This document shows, piece by piece, positions 12,283 to 25,468 of a stretch of 64,000 nucleotides of DNA. A program made the position numbers and the translations under genes. This DNA is from Moniliella sp. 'wahieum' (Eukaryota), in contig RSEE01000075.1 of assembly GCA_003971905.1 (NCBI GenBank), positions 124,001 to 188,000 on the forward strand. Reading direction: 5' to 3'. How positions within the stretch are numbered: position 1 is the first letter of the stretch; each line of letters starts with the position of its first letter. The notes under the pieces are model-generated. The model made no database searches. It was not told the origin of the DNA and was given only the letters and a program-made list of their open reading frames with translations.

Positions 12283-13990
12283 ATGAAACTGGCGCTCACC
12301 TCCTTGGTCGCATCCCTGGCCGCCCTCAGCAGCGTCGCTGGCCTCGTCCTCCCCCCCGTGGCACGCGACACGGTGCTGCCGCCGAGCCAAGATCCATTTT
12401 ACACGCCGCCGAGCAACCTGTCGGACTATGCGCCGGGGCAGGTGATTGCCTCGCGTGCCGTGTCGCCTGCGTCGGTGCAAGATCCCGGGTGGGCAGTGTA
12501 GCGCAGGTGCTCTACCGTACCACCAACACCCAAAACCAGCCCTCCTCCACGGTCGCCACCGTGTTTACGCCAAGCAAGCCCGCTGCGTCACCGGCCATCT
12601 TGTCGTTGCAATACTACGAGGACAGCGCGACGATCAACTGTGCGCCGAGCTATGCGTTGATGGTTGGCTTTTCCTCGCCCAACTGGCCTACATCGTCGCT
12701 GGACAACCCCATCATTACCAAGTGGGCATTGAACTTGGGCTACCACGTTGTGATTGCCGATCACGAAGGGCCCAACTCGGGCTTCATTGCCGGATGGGAA
12801 GAAGGGCAGGCGGGTCTGGACGGTATCCGTGCCGCGCTGAGCTCAGCTAGCTTGCCCACTTCCACCAAGGTCGCGCTCTATGGTTACTCGGGCGGCGGAC
12901 ACGCCTCGGCGTGGATGACCAATTTGGCTCCGACCTATGCTCCCGAGTTGAATGTGGTTGGTTCGGCTCATGGCGGTACGCCCGTCGACTTGACCACCAT
13001 GGTACGTTTTTTTCTTTCCCCGTCTGTTTCTTCTTCTCAGTCTCCCCACCGGGTCCGATACGTGTCGGACGAAGGTGGGAAGCAAGAAAAGGGGATGGAT
13101 GCCGTATGGTACGCGACACGGGAGCAGAGTACTGACCATTGTGGGGATATGATGCTGTGATGCGGATGGACAGATTCAGTTTTTGGAAGGCTCCTTCTTT
13201 TCGGGCTTTGTGGTGGATGGCGTTGCTGGTGTGCTGAATGTGTACCCGCAAGACAACGATGCGATTCTCAAGTGTGCGCAATCGGTGCAGGATGCGGTGC
13301 AGTACATGCGAACGGATGGGACGTGTCTGGTGGAAGTGGTGACGCACTACAACTTGCAAAAGTTTACCGACCAATGCGACTTTGGTCAATACAACTTCTT
13401 TACTTATCCGCCTATTGCGTCCATCCTCGGTGCCGAAAGTCTTTTGAGCAACGTTTCGACCAAGAGCGTCAACGTGCCCAAGTTCCCTCGGTTCATGTGG
13501 CACTCGACCAGCGACGAAATTGTGCCCTACGCACCGGCTCAGCAGTACGTCGAACAACAGTGTGCCCAGGGCGCCAACATTCAATTCATGTCCCTCGTTG
13601 GCGAACATGTGCGTACCCCCCCGATCCTTTCGCTCGCACCTGAGGCATGAGACCTGATGCAGAAACTAACCATCTACGGCCCCTGACCTGCTCGTTTTGC
13701 CTTCCATTCTTGTTTTTCTTTTCTTTCTTGGTGTTGTGTGCATGTGCAGATCACGGGCGAGCTAGCCGGGCTTCCTGGCGGGCTGCAATTTGTGCAACAG
13801 TCTATCGAAGGTACCACGCCATCCGTCGTGTGGCACAGTGAACCAGGCCGTGGTCAAGCTCGACTCGCCCAACTTGAGCGACGTGCTGGGCAGCGTGACG
13901 GCCAACAGTGTGCTCCAACTCAACTCGTCCAGCACCCTTAACCAGTTCCGTCCCCCGCTTTGCCGTGAACGCTTGAAGCTTGAAGGCTGA
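12283..13990 (+). CDS. Secreted lipase, Candida antarctica lipase A-like (secretory lipase LIP family)
   Basis: Signal peptide MKLALTSLVASLAALSSVAG; PSQDPFY, YEDS...CAPSY, DHEGP, nucleophile elbow GYSGG, HGGTPV, DEIVPY, catalytic His in GEH|ITGE. Introns 13002-13173 and 13609-13749; frameshifts near 12490 and 13830. TATA-like TATAAA at about 12147. Confidence 0.93.
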
Positions 13991-14754
13991 GCCGCTGAGC
14001 GTGCGTCCGAGATGGGTTCCTAATCATTGGGGTTTCCTTTGCCTTTGCCTTTCCCTTTCGCTTTTTTTTCCACGTTTAACGCTCCCCCATCCCCACGTTC
14101 ACACGTTCACACGTTGTGCAGATATACTCCGTTGCGTTGTTTTTTGTGTTGGGATGTGCCCTACTTATCCCCCCCGTATAGCCGTACCCGGCGTACCCCG
14201 TACCCCGTACCCGTGTCCCTTTTCTCTCTCTCTCTCTTTCTCTCCCCTCTCTCTCTCTCAACCCCCCCCTCTCTTTCTGTTTTCTTTTACGCGTTTCACA
14301 CTTTCTCTCCTGCGTGGGGGTGAGTGGGCCTTGGGGTAGACGCAAGCGAGTGTGGGCAGGGAGGCTTAGATTTTAGGTGCTGCCACGCATGACGTGTGGC
14401 GTGTGACGGGTGATGGGTGCAGGGGCGGAAAGTGCAGGGCGGAATGGGTGGGGGGCCGCGGGTAGCCGGGCAGGCAGGCGAGGGGATGGGTGATGTGGGA
14501 TGGGGTAGTGAACTCAGTGCAAGTGGTCGAGTAGTCGTCGAGTGTGGAGTGGATCCATTGGTCTAACCCCATCCATCTATCTGGCGTGTGTGGTGTGGTG
14601 CGGCTGGCCTGGTGTGGGTTGTTCTGACTTGCTCTTTGCTTCGCTCTTCCATCCGTGTCTGCCGTCTGGACTCCCTCAGGCTCCCTGCCGGTTTGTTTTG
14701 TCCGTCGGTCCATCGCCTTTCCACCTTGGCCTTTGTCGTTGCGATCGTCCTCGT

Positions 14755-14846
14755 CTTCATCTTCGCTTTCGCCTCCATCTTCATCTTCGTCTTCGCTTTC
14801 GCCTCCATCTTCATCTTCGTCTTCGCTTTCGCCTCCATCTTCGCCT
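14755..14846. repeat. 30-bp minisatellite x3 (CTTCATCTTCGTCTTCGCTTTCGCCTCCAT) upstream of TSC2
   Basis: Three near-identical 30-nt units, each built from degenerate hexamers. Confidence 0.85.
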
Positions 14847-15040
14847 TCGCCTTCGCCCCAACCCCTTCTTGCCTGCTGCTGCGTCGCCGCCCCCTCGCCG
14901 CCTTGGTTGTGCCCGCGTTTGTTTGCATCTCCAGCTCGGATTGGATCGGGTACGTGTCTGCTCTGCTCTGCTCTGCTCTGCTGTCCTCGTGCCGATGCTG
15001 ACGCCCCATGTCGACAGTGCTCCCCCACGCCCCCACCGCC

Positions 15041-18000
15041 ATGTCCGACGCCCGCCGTGCGCTGCCCCCGTCGCCCTCGGCGTCGTCTGCGCGCCGCGCC
15101 GATGGCCCGTGGGACCGCTGGCTGTCCAACCTGGCCAGCTGGGCCTCCGACCGCACCGCCACCGCCACCGCCGCCGACAGCCGCACCCCCCCCGCCGCCG
15201 CCGCGCCCACCGAGACGGACGACGAGACGCTCGCTGTGCTCCTCTCTCCCGCCCCTACCTCGCTGGCCTCGGCGTTGCTCCCGCCCAGATCCGCGCCGCC
15301 ATCCCCCACTCTCCCCCGACACGCGCGCCCTCCTGGCCCACATCCTCGCTGCCGCCCAGCAACCCGCCTTGTCCCCCGCCGCCACCAGCGCCGCCGCCAG
15401 CGCCATCCTCGCCCTTGTCCACGCCATCAACTCCACCCTCACCACCGCGCGCGGCCCACCGCGGCCGGGTCCCGTTCCACCTCGGCCACCGACACGCCGG
15501 CTGGCGCTGCGACTGGAACGGCACCCCCCGACTCGGCCTCCGCCCCGCGCCTCGTTCCCCAGCTTCCCCTTTGCCCTTCACCCTCAACATGATCCAGGGG
15601 TTGTGCTACGATCTGCTGGGCGACGCACTTGCCTCTGGCTCTGGCTCTGGCTCTGCCTCCTGCCCCGGCCCCGGCACCGGCCCCAGTCCCAACCCCGACC
15701 CCAGTCCCAACCCCGACCCTAACCTCGACCTGGACTCCGCCTCCGGCTTGCATCACATCTCTCTCCCGCTGCCCATGCGACTCTGCGCGGCCGAACTGTT
15801 GATCGCGGCAATCAAGCTGAACGACGCACGGCAAGAACTCAAACGAGCCGACAAGGAACCCACCGACTTGCCCAACACCATCTCTGTTGGCACGTTCCAG
15901 CGGGACTACTCGACCTTCTTTAGTTCGGCCGATCGGCGCTTGTTCTTCCTCTGGATCCAGTCGCTGTCCAGGGACGTGCCCCTGCTGCACCTGTCCTCAT
16001 CCTCATCCTCGTCCCGCCCAAGAACCAGTGGCCTGCCTGTGTCCGATCCAGCCGCGCTCGCCTCAGGGTCCGACTTGGTGCCGCTGGATGTGGTGCGCTC
16101 GGTGCAGGTCAAGGCACTGCAAGTGCTCTCCAAAGAAGGAAGGGACGTGCGCACATTCCCTGAACTTGTTCCAACGCTGCACACCTTTCTCACCGAGGCA
16201 TGGGCTGCTCTGTACGCAGTACGAAAGGACCCTGTCGTAGCCTCGACCGACGCTGCCGGCACCAAAGTACAAGAAACCACTTTTGTCTCCATCCTCCAAC
16301 TCATCAACGCCATTCTCAAGTTCAACTTTGCCAAGGTGCCGCCCCTGGCCGTTGCCGAGGTGCTCGAAACGGTATGCAAGATCTCTGATCCTTCGTCCGA
16401 CCCAATCCCGTCCCCATATGGCCACCCTAGGACCCCTTCCCCCACGCTTCCGCTCACCGACCAGGCCACCCCACGCCCCCGTGCCGCCGCCGCCACCGCC
16501 GCCGCTGCCGCGTCGGTCACGCCCGTGCGCAGTAGTGGTCGCGGTTTGCCCCCCGTTCGCCCGTCTCGCCTTGGTCTCGCCTATGAACGTTCTGTGCGCC
16601 GCGACTGGGCGAGAGAAAGTCGTCATCGAGCATGCCGCTGTTGATGGGAAGCGGTGGCGCTCTAGGGCTGGCCATTTCTCCCGATGGGAACACACCAAGT
16701 GTAGCGCCTGTACCTGCTCCGCCGCCGCACCCTCTCAAGCTGCTGCGGGTTGAAGAGGTGAAACTAATGTTCCTTGTGCTCGAGTCGACGATCACGTTTG
16801 GCTTTCTTCCGCCTGAGACTGTTCCCTCGGTCACGTTTTTCCTCGTGCGCATTCTGGGACGCGATCAACTTGCTGCGCTGCGCGCCGGCGTTTCCCTGGA
16901 CCAACGTGCTCGGGGTGTGCAGACGCGCATGTTGAGTGCCCACTATGCCAATCCGTCCCTCCGTGCCCTGATCACCACTCTCTCGTCTCTCCGCTCGACC
17001 GAAGCGCATTGGCCACGCTCGATCTGGCTGTTGGCGGCGTCCGCTTCCTCGTTTCTGCCGGGACGTACATTGACCAACTGGCCTCGTCCAGCCGCGACCG
17101 AGAACGCGGGGATATCCAAGTACGTCCCCGCTTTGTTGCTGCGACGCCGTACTTGGACCTACCGCTTGTGCACCCGGCCTTACGTCGTCTTGCCCAAATC
17201 GGCGCCGATGGGATCGACTTGGAACTGGTCCGGCTCTATCGGCAAATGCTTCCGCGTCTCGCGCCCACTGCCAAGGGCCTTGGTGGCCCACCGCCACTGG
17301 GAGACGCGCCGGCGCTGCACTGTCTCCAGCCAGCTACGTTGACCGATTGGAACTTGCTTGGACCTGCTTACGTTGACGGGGAGCGGGTGGATGTGCTGCG
17401 GCAGTCGTATGAGCAAGACACGAACCCCGTGTCGAGTCTGACGGCGCAAGTCAAACCGTGGACGTCGACATCGACATGGACGTCAGAGATGGCTACTTGC
17501 TCTGCGCCCGATCCGGTCCACCCGGTCGTAGCGGCCTTTGTATCGCTCCTGTCGTCGTGTCGGTTTGCGTTGGACTACTACCTGACGCCGAGGTGGGGAG
17601 AAGAGCGAGCGGGCCGGACACTGTACTTGATTCCCTGGGCTGCTGGCTGGTCCCACCTTGTGCTCAGTATGCTCTCTACGTTCCCGGACCACGACGCAGA
17701 GCAAGTGGTGGACTTTGTGGTGCAGTATGCGCTGGTCCTACCGTGCTCGATCGACTGGATTTCGACCCTATCGAGTTTGGTGGATGGGATTCTGTATCGA
17801 GGCGAAGTGGTCAAGCATGGGTTCGACACCGGCTCCACGAGCGCGTAGACGCCTCGCCGATCTCTTGTTCGATAGTGTCTACCCGTCCGTCGCCGACTTT
17901 CCCCATTTCCACTCGCGCCTCGTGGTGGAGATCTTGATTCCGCTCGCCAACAAGTTACTGTTTGACCAGCCGGACCAGCTCGTGCTCCCAAGGCTGCTGG

Positions 18001-21000
18001 AAACGTTGGTCTATGCCGCTGCGGCCGCGGCACAGCCGAGGAGAAGCTTACGACCGACGAGCGGGACAAGAGTAGCAGTACAAACCCTTGCTTGCTGGGC
18101 ACCTAGACCCAGACCAGTTGACCAAGACCAACCTGGACCTGTTCAATGTGATTCGGGGGTTGCTTAAGCGTCTCGCGCGCGATGGAAGGGGCGTGATGGG
18201 CGGCGCAGCAGCCAGCACAATGGTGTTCTGTTTGCATTCGAGCAACGAGGCAGCTACGCCCGTGACGGTGCATGCGGTACTTGCTCTGATCGCCATCTTC
18301 AACCGGATCGCATTCACGTCGCCGTGGGACCCGCAGAGCGGGTCGGTGGATGTGGGAGATTCCATGGCGGCGCGCCGGCACGCCATCACGCTACTGAAAG
18401 ATATTAACGAGATCATTCGGGGACCCTTGGGCTCAACTAGCCTTTCGCCGCTGCGGATCGCGATGGAACCGAGGCTAGTCGCGTTGCAGTGGGCTCTCCG
18501 TCTACGGACAGACAACCAACATCGTCTCTACCTCATCCGGGACCTGGACGAGTTCATTGAGCCGCACGCGGTGTTGATTGGCCGAGACCGGTCGGTGCAT
18601 GTGGCGCCAGAGGAGGTGCCTGTGCGGGTAGGACGGACGTCCGAGCGCGGGTGGGACGATTTAGGACGACCGCTTTCCGGTCCACGGGATGAGTCGCGTG
18701 GCCGTGATCGGGCACGGAGGGAAGCGCGCTTGCCGCGCGAAAGTTCGCGCGCACGCATGTTGCTCGACCGAGAACGCGAACGGGAGCGCGAGCGGGAGCG
18801 CGAAAAGGAACGGGACCAGGCGAGGCTCCATTGGCATTTACCTCAACGTCTACTGTTTGAGTATTCGGACGACATGGTTCGGTCAGAGATCGTGCGCACG
18901 TACATCCCTCCTCCCTCGATGTGGGTGGCGAGCCAGCCGCGTCCCCTCCTCCCCGCACCGCGCGAGGCAGGCTGACGGCGTGGCGGAGCACATGTCCGAG
19001 TCGTCGTCGGTGCCGCTTCCGGTGAGTCTGTTGCTGGAGACGTACCGGCTCATCATGGAGGCCGAGACGGACTGGGACTTGGTCTCGTACGTGATTACCC
19101 ACCTACCATTACAGCTCACGAACCGATACCTATTTGTGGGCCTCGGAGCGAAGCTCAAATCCTCCTGTTGCAAACGTACCTCTGTAACCACTTGCCTGCC
19201 AACTTTGCCAGTGCCACCGTCCTGCCGCCGGGGCTCGGGGTGAAGAAGGCGGTGGTGGCGGCGATTGGGTACCAGACACTACAAGCGTTGGTGGGCTACC
19301 GGGGGTTCCTCACGCGCATCCGGCAAGACGAGGTGGTGCTCGCGTTTGCCGATGGCGTGTCGAGCGTATCGAGTGCGTCGAGCAGTGAGAGTGTCAACTT
19401 GGCGTGTGTGGGGGGCTGGCGCTGTGTGCAGTACAGCTCACCAAGTCCTTCACATTTGCCCTTCCGCGCGCGCTGGCCGCACTGCAAAAAGTCGTGACGA
19501 GCGGGACGATGAGTGTGCACATTCTCGAGTTGATGATTACGGTCGCGCATACGCCTGCTACGTACCGTGACTTTCGTGCGTCGGACTACAAGTTGGTCCT
19601 GGGCATTGCGTCGCAGTACATATCCTACCACCAGTCGCTCTCGCTTCCGCCAGGCAACCCGTCTGGCATGGCGCTGCGGAACTACGTGGTGTTCCAAGCG
19701 TACTATGTGCTGGCGCTCTTCTTTACGCGGGTGCGCTTGTCGGACCGGATCGGGTACATGGAACTGGTGATGCGCGAGTTGATCGATGGCAAAGAGACCT
19801 TGACAGACCAGACGATTGCCGTGCTGGATTACCTTGCGCGACTGACGTTTGCCAATGCGCGTTCGGTGCCGAAAGGTCGTTTATCACCTCGACCTTGTTT
19901 GGTAGCGAGCCGACCAAGGACCCTGGGGTGGCCAAGTTCCGCAAACCAGGTCCAGGACAACACGTCGCACTCCGCACCAAGACCTACGTCTACCCGCACA
20001 GCATCGTTGCCATCTCGGCGCTGGAACGGAGACAGTGGTGTGAGGTGCTCATCCGTCGTCCCTCCGGCATCGTCCTGTTCTTGGTCAAGGTAGAAAATGA
20101 CGGTCGATCCTGATTTGGCGCCTAGCATTCGTCTCCCCGACCACATTGCAGGCCACATCCATCCGCCCCACTTACCCCCGCCTTCGGTCTTGCCCGTCCA
20201 CCTCAATGGGCCAGGCACGTACGGCGAGCAGGCCAAGCCACGTCGCTCGCCCCGCGCACGCCGTCGGTCCATTGGTGGTGGCGGTGCCGACCTGCCCTTG
20301 GACCAAGAACAAGCGGGACAAGAGCCCAGCTGGCCCGCGGTACGAAGGCGAACCGGGACAACCACCAATGCTACGGACGATGCCGAGACCAAGACCGAAA
20401 CCAAGACCGAGACGGAGACCGAGACCGGACCAAGGACGGGGCACAGGACTCCCACCCCGCCGCCCCAACCAGGGAGGTGGAAGCGGACCCAGCGGCCCAG
20501 CTGGACCGTCGAATCGAAGCGGCGCGGACTCGATTGGATCCAGCGTTGATCCAAGTGTGCCTGACGGGGTATCCGGATGTGAACCAGACCTTGACGCCCG
20601 TTCCGATGGATACGGGGACGCGGTTGAACGCCGGGGTGATCGATACGTTGGACAAGCGACCGGTTGTGGATTCGTACAATGTCGGGGTCCTGTTCATTGG
20701 GCCGAACCAGACCCTTCCCAAAGACATTTTGGCCAACGTATATGGTTCAGCGGCGTATGCTGCATTTGTACGTCACCTGGGCGGCAAGTTGTACCCGCTT
20801 GACGCGCCGGAAGTCCAAGCGCGCGGAACGGGCGGGTTGAATCCTTCTGAACACGGTCGTCACATGTACATTTGGCGCGACGAGATTACGCAAGTATTTT
20901 GGCATGTGGCCACCATGATGCCCAACTTGGCTTCCGACCCGGACTTGAACAACAAGATTGGGCCCGTGGGTAACGACCATGTGCACATTATCTGGAACGA

Positions 21001-21910
21001 GTCGGGAGAAGAGTACAGGTTCGGTACGATCAAGTCCCAGTTTGTCGATTATATGGTCAACATTGTCATTTCCCCCGACGCGCGCGGCGGGGTGGAATTG
21101 GGCTCGTTGCCGCGCGAGTCGGTCTCCAAGTCGTGTACGTCGATTTTTTCCTGGCCTTGGGGAGGGGGAGGAGGATAACAGCCTCCATGTGGGTACTCAA
21201 CGTACTGACTGACTTGGCTTTTGTGTGTGTTTGTGTGTTGTTATGGGTTATCATGGGTTGTTTTTGCTGTGTGCGTTGGTTGTTGGTTTGGTACGGTTAC
21301 TGGTACTGTGGGGGGGGGATGACTGTCGGACGTGCAGATCGGGTAACGTTACAGCGTTCATCTGGTCTTCCAAGCTTTTCGCCCGTGGGGGACGGGGTGA
21401 TCATTTCGGAAGACGAGCTGCCACAGTTTGTGCGTCTGTTGGCAATCAACTCGCACTTGATGGCGCAAATTTGGTATGCGGCCAAACGGGGCGAAGAGGC
21501 GTTTGTCACGAGTACGTTGGTCTCTCCCCGTTTCTCTTCCTTATTCCTTGGGATGTTTGCCTTGACTTCGTTCCGTTTTGGTCTCGGTCAGAGAGAGGGC
21601 TGCAGGGTTGCAGGGTTGGAGGTTCAAAAGTTCCCGGTTGACCTTGACACCTTGATCTTGATCTTGACCTTGACCTGATCGTTGATCTTGACCTTGAACC
21701 TTGACCTTGACCTTGACCTTGACTTTGACCTGGGATCGTGAGCGGGACGATGGTGTGGGAAGGACGTATGACTGACTGAGCTGACTGGATCGGATGATAT
21801 GAACAGATTGGACGTCGCGCATCATGACCATTCGTCGGCTGCATGGACGACTTGCGCCGCCCACTCGGTCCGCCGAGCCGTTCGCCGCCCTGTCCCAGTC
21901 CATGTTGTAA
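15041..21910 (+). CDS. TSC2: Tuberin / TSC2 (Rheb GAP, Rap-GAP domain)
   Basis: Long helical N-terminal region (ILKFNFAKV; ETDWDLVSYVITHLPLQLTNRYLF; MSVHILE) and C-terminal Rap-GAP (VGVLFIGPNQ..ILANVYGS..WHVATMMPN..GNDHVHIIWNESG). Introns 21135-21337 and 21512-21806 give a last exon NWTSRIMTIRRL...ML* (TAA 21908-21910). Many frameshifts; start tentative. Confidence 0.9.
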
Positions 21911-22406
21911 CAAGGATGCTTCCCTTGCACTTGGCAGGACCCAGCCCCAGTCCAATGTCAGCCTCCTTCGTTCATTCATTACTGAGTCCCTCCTTCCTCG
22001 AGTGGGTGGGTGACGGATTGGCGAGACGATTAACGGTGTATTGTTACTAGGCGGCTGGGAATCGCTCGATGCATGAGTTGCGTTCCTATAGCCGCGACTA
22101 TTTCGCCTAATAGGTGAGACGGGGGAGGCAGTGGTGGAACTTTGCAATTCGCTCGCGGTAGTACTACAGTAGGAGAGCGCAAGGACGAACGAGCGGCCCA
22201 TTCAGTCCCCGCTTTGAAGACATATTTCCCTTCTCCCTCGCTTCTATGTCCGGTGCAGGATCGACCGCCACGCGATTGGTACTACTAGATGTGTGCCCCG
22301 ACACTGGAGTACAATAGAGAATCAGACTAAGAGAGGAGAATGGGATAGCAAAGCTTAGGCGAAGCTCGACCGAGGTTGCTTTGGCTCGGGTGAGTCGCTG
22401 GGGCCA

Positions 22407-22467
22407 GATGATGTCGATGATGTCGATGGTGTCGATGATGTCGATGGTGTCGATGATGTCGATGATG
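22407..22467. repeat. 9-bp tandem repeat (GATGRTGTC)n, about 7 copies
   Basis: Read directly. Confidence 0.85.
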
Positions 22468-22878
22468 GGTGTGGTGGAGTGGTTGTTGCCTCTCGGTACA
22501 CGCACTGGACCTACCACAACAATATCTCAGACGACACACTCGCCATCATACTATTCCGTCTCCACTCCCTTCTCAAATAAAAAGTGATGGATGAATCAAT
22601 GGTGCACAGGAGCGTCCCAAGCAATACCTCTGTCCCTTTAGCTTCTGGAGCGCTACAGGGATACAGATCTATATACCGTTGTATATATGCCCACTGGTCA
22701 GACCAAAAACCTGGCGTTGGTGTTGTAGAAGAAGGGGGTGTGATGGAATTGGGAGGACAACACAAACATAAGCCGGTAATCCCCACCCCCCATAGAAAGG
22801 CGTTTTTCCTAGTCGGTAGATTGCATGTCATCAGCACGAGGAACGGGCACACGACTTGCCCTCTCCCCACGTAGTAGT

Positions 22879-23652
22879 TCACAGAGTCGGGGCAGTAAGA
22901 TCAATGTCCTCGAGGGATCCTTTGCCCTTGAACGTTTGCTTAATGTCGGCCTGGTCATGCAAGAGGAAGCGATCGGTTTGACGGCCAATGTCAGCCAAGG
23001 CGCGCCAGCGGGCAAAGTCGGTCGGGTTACGTTTATCGCCATGCGCGTCTTGGGGTGAGTCCAATGGCCAATGCTGAATCCCAACGTGGTGGTGATCTTG
23101 GCTCGGACAATGTCATAGGTAATCGTGATGATCGTCCCGGTCTCTTCCAGCCAGGCTATCGTCCAAATCTCTCCCGGACGCACGCACTGGTAGTCGGCTT
23201 TTTGGTAGTTGAGTCGTCCGGCCATCGGACCGCCGTGAATGGAGTATCTGGAAGGCATTGATACCACAAACAGAATTGGTCAGTTCCATGGCGAATGGCG
23301 ATTCGTGGTCAGCCCTCCACCAAGCGAGGATCCCAGGGATCCCTGCCATCTCCGACCAACCATCCTTTTGCTATCTCTCTCGATCTTCGAAAGCGTATCT
23401 ATCAAACGATGAGAGAGAGAGAGAGAGAGAGAGAGAGGAGGAGGAAAGAGGCAGTGCGGATGGAGACCAGAGGGAACCGTGGGGATTGGACGTACACCAC
23501 CCGGTCCTCGGACCGCACCCACAACTCGTACCGCCACTGCTCGGGCGCGCCGTCTGGGGATTCTCAGCGGCATAGTCGTAGACCAAGTGCTGGTCGAGCA
23601 GGTCCTTGGCAAACTGCTCTTCGGTCGCCTTGTCGCCGCGTGGCCAGATCAT
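22879..23652 (-). CDS. Phenolic acid decarboxylase (cofactor-free PAD/PadC type)
   Basis: LVYDY, WRYELW, YSIHGGPMAGR, AWLEETGT, AHGDKRNP motifs. Intron 23495-23248 (GTACGT..CAG). Frameshifts near 23550 and 23055. Confidence 0.92.
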
Positions 23653-25468
23653 GGTGGTGGGGTGATGGGTCGGAGCACGAAAGGTGGGAACAAAACGGGG
23701 GGGGGGGAACGTGTTGCGAGGGGGGAAAAGGGTAGGAAGCGGCGAGGGATGAGGGGGGGCGATCTGCTATTTCTCTCTGCCCAACAAGTGCTGACGAAAA
23801 GGAGGATGCTTTATACCAGACTGGATCAGTGGTCCGTAGGTAGAGGGTATCTACAACCACCCATTGTGCCTCCTGCCCGAACCGTCCCGACAGAGTCAGG
23901 TGGATTGCTGATGCGTTACGGGCGGGGTGACAGAAGCAAGAAGGGGACACGTGCGGGGCAACAAGTGGGCTGAGCGCAGGGCGCTGAGGCGCAGCAGGCG
24001 CACGCAGCGAGCGGCTAGTTTGTGGTGGCCAATCGAGTGACTTTGGGATGGTGTGGTGAACGTCACCGCCCCATATGTAACGCGCAACGCGTCACGTGCG
24101 GGAGCCAGAACCCCAGCAACCGCAGTCCCTCGCGGCGCCGTCGCGGCGCCGCTTCCTCTCCCCATCAACATTGTCAGGCATCACCCTGTTGGCGCCATTG
24201 CCTGTTGTCGCACTCCATGTCACCCATGTCACCTGTCCATGCCAGCACTCCCATCGCTCTCAGATCTCATCACTCTCAGCCCTCTCATCCATCGCAGCCC
24301 CTGCAACGTTTCCCATTGGCCCGCTGCCACGTCGGGTGGTGCGTTGCTGCTCAGCCTCAGCGCTCCTCGTCCCACGTTCATCGATCATGTCAGAGGCTCA
24401 CGACCGAAAGGGGAGGCATTTTGGGTGTCCACCTAGGGAGCGACCAGGGGAGACCAGGGGGAGACCAGAGACCAGGGGAGACTGGCAGTTCCCAAGTCGC
24501 GCCAACCCACACCCACATCCAAGGTAGCCAGCTTGTCACCTCAGATCTCGCTGCACCTCAAATGTACTTGCGCATAGTGCACCGTACACATGGACCAGCC
24601 AACACCGACACGTGAAGCTAGTACAGACATGGCGGCTGCAGTCACTGGACTGGTACTAGGTATAGGCCTCACGTAGTCTCCTTGCTCTTGCTCTTGCTCT
24701 TGCACTTGGCCTGTCCCCGCTCAGGGCCTAAAGGCCTAACCCCCTCTCTCTACCCCCTCCCTGACCCATCTCGCCTATCTCGCCTGTCGTTTCCAACGTT
24801 GCAGGCTGCGCACTGCGAGACCAAGTCAAATTCCGATACAGGCAAGAATATACAATCGCCCCCCTGGCAAGGACACGAGCACGGACACGAGCACGAGCAA
24901 GAGCACGAACACAAGCACGAACACGAACACGGAAATGAGCACGGCACCACGGCACCCCCGACCTGTTTGTTGTTTGTTGACCATCGCACACGAGCACCAG
25001 CGCCAGTATCGTCCCGTACCGAGCCACCGACCAGCAGGTGAGCGCAGGGGAAGAAAGGGAGAAAGAGGGGGAATGGAGAAAGGTGGAAAGGGGAAGAGAG
25101 GGGAAGAGAAGAGAGGGAAGAGAGGGGAGGGATGAAGGAAGGGGTGCGAAAATGACACCTGTTGAGCTGCGCTTCGTCCTTCCCCCTTTCCCCTTCCCCC
25201 TCCCCCCTCGTCCCCACCTTTGCCCTTTGCTCTTTGCTCTTTGCCCTTGCGACGCGGCAGGATGGACGGTAGACGGTGGACGGTGGACGGTGGACAGTGG
25301 ACGGTAGAGGATAGACGATGGATGGAAGATGGAGGATGGAGGAGTCCGCGCTGCCCTGCCCCGCCCCGCGTCCAGGGCAGAGGGAGCGGGGTACCGTGCA
25401 CATGCACATGCAAGCGCCCAAGCCCAAGCCCAAGCCCACGCCCAAATCGCAGCCAGGGACGCGTAAAT

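Noticed and set aside
14755..14846. 30-bp repeats as a CRISPR array
   Set aside because: Head-to-tail with no spacers, no cas genes and a eukaryotic context.
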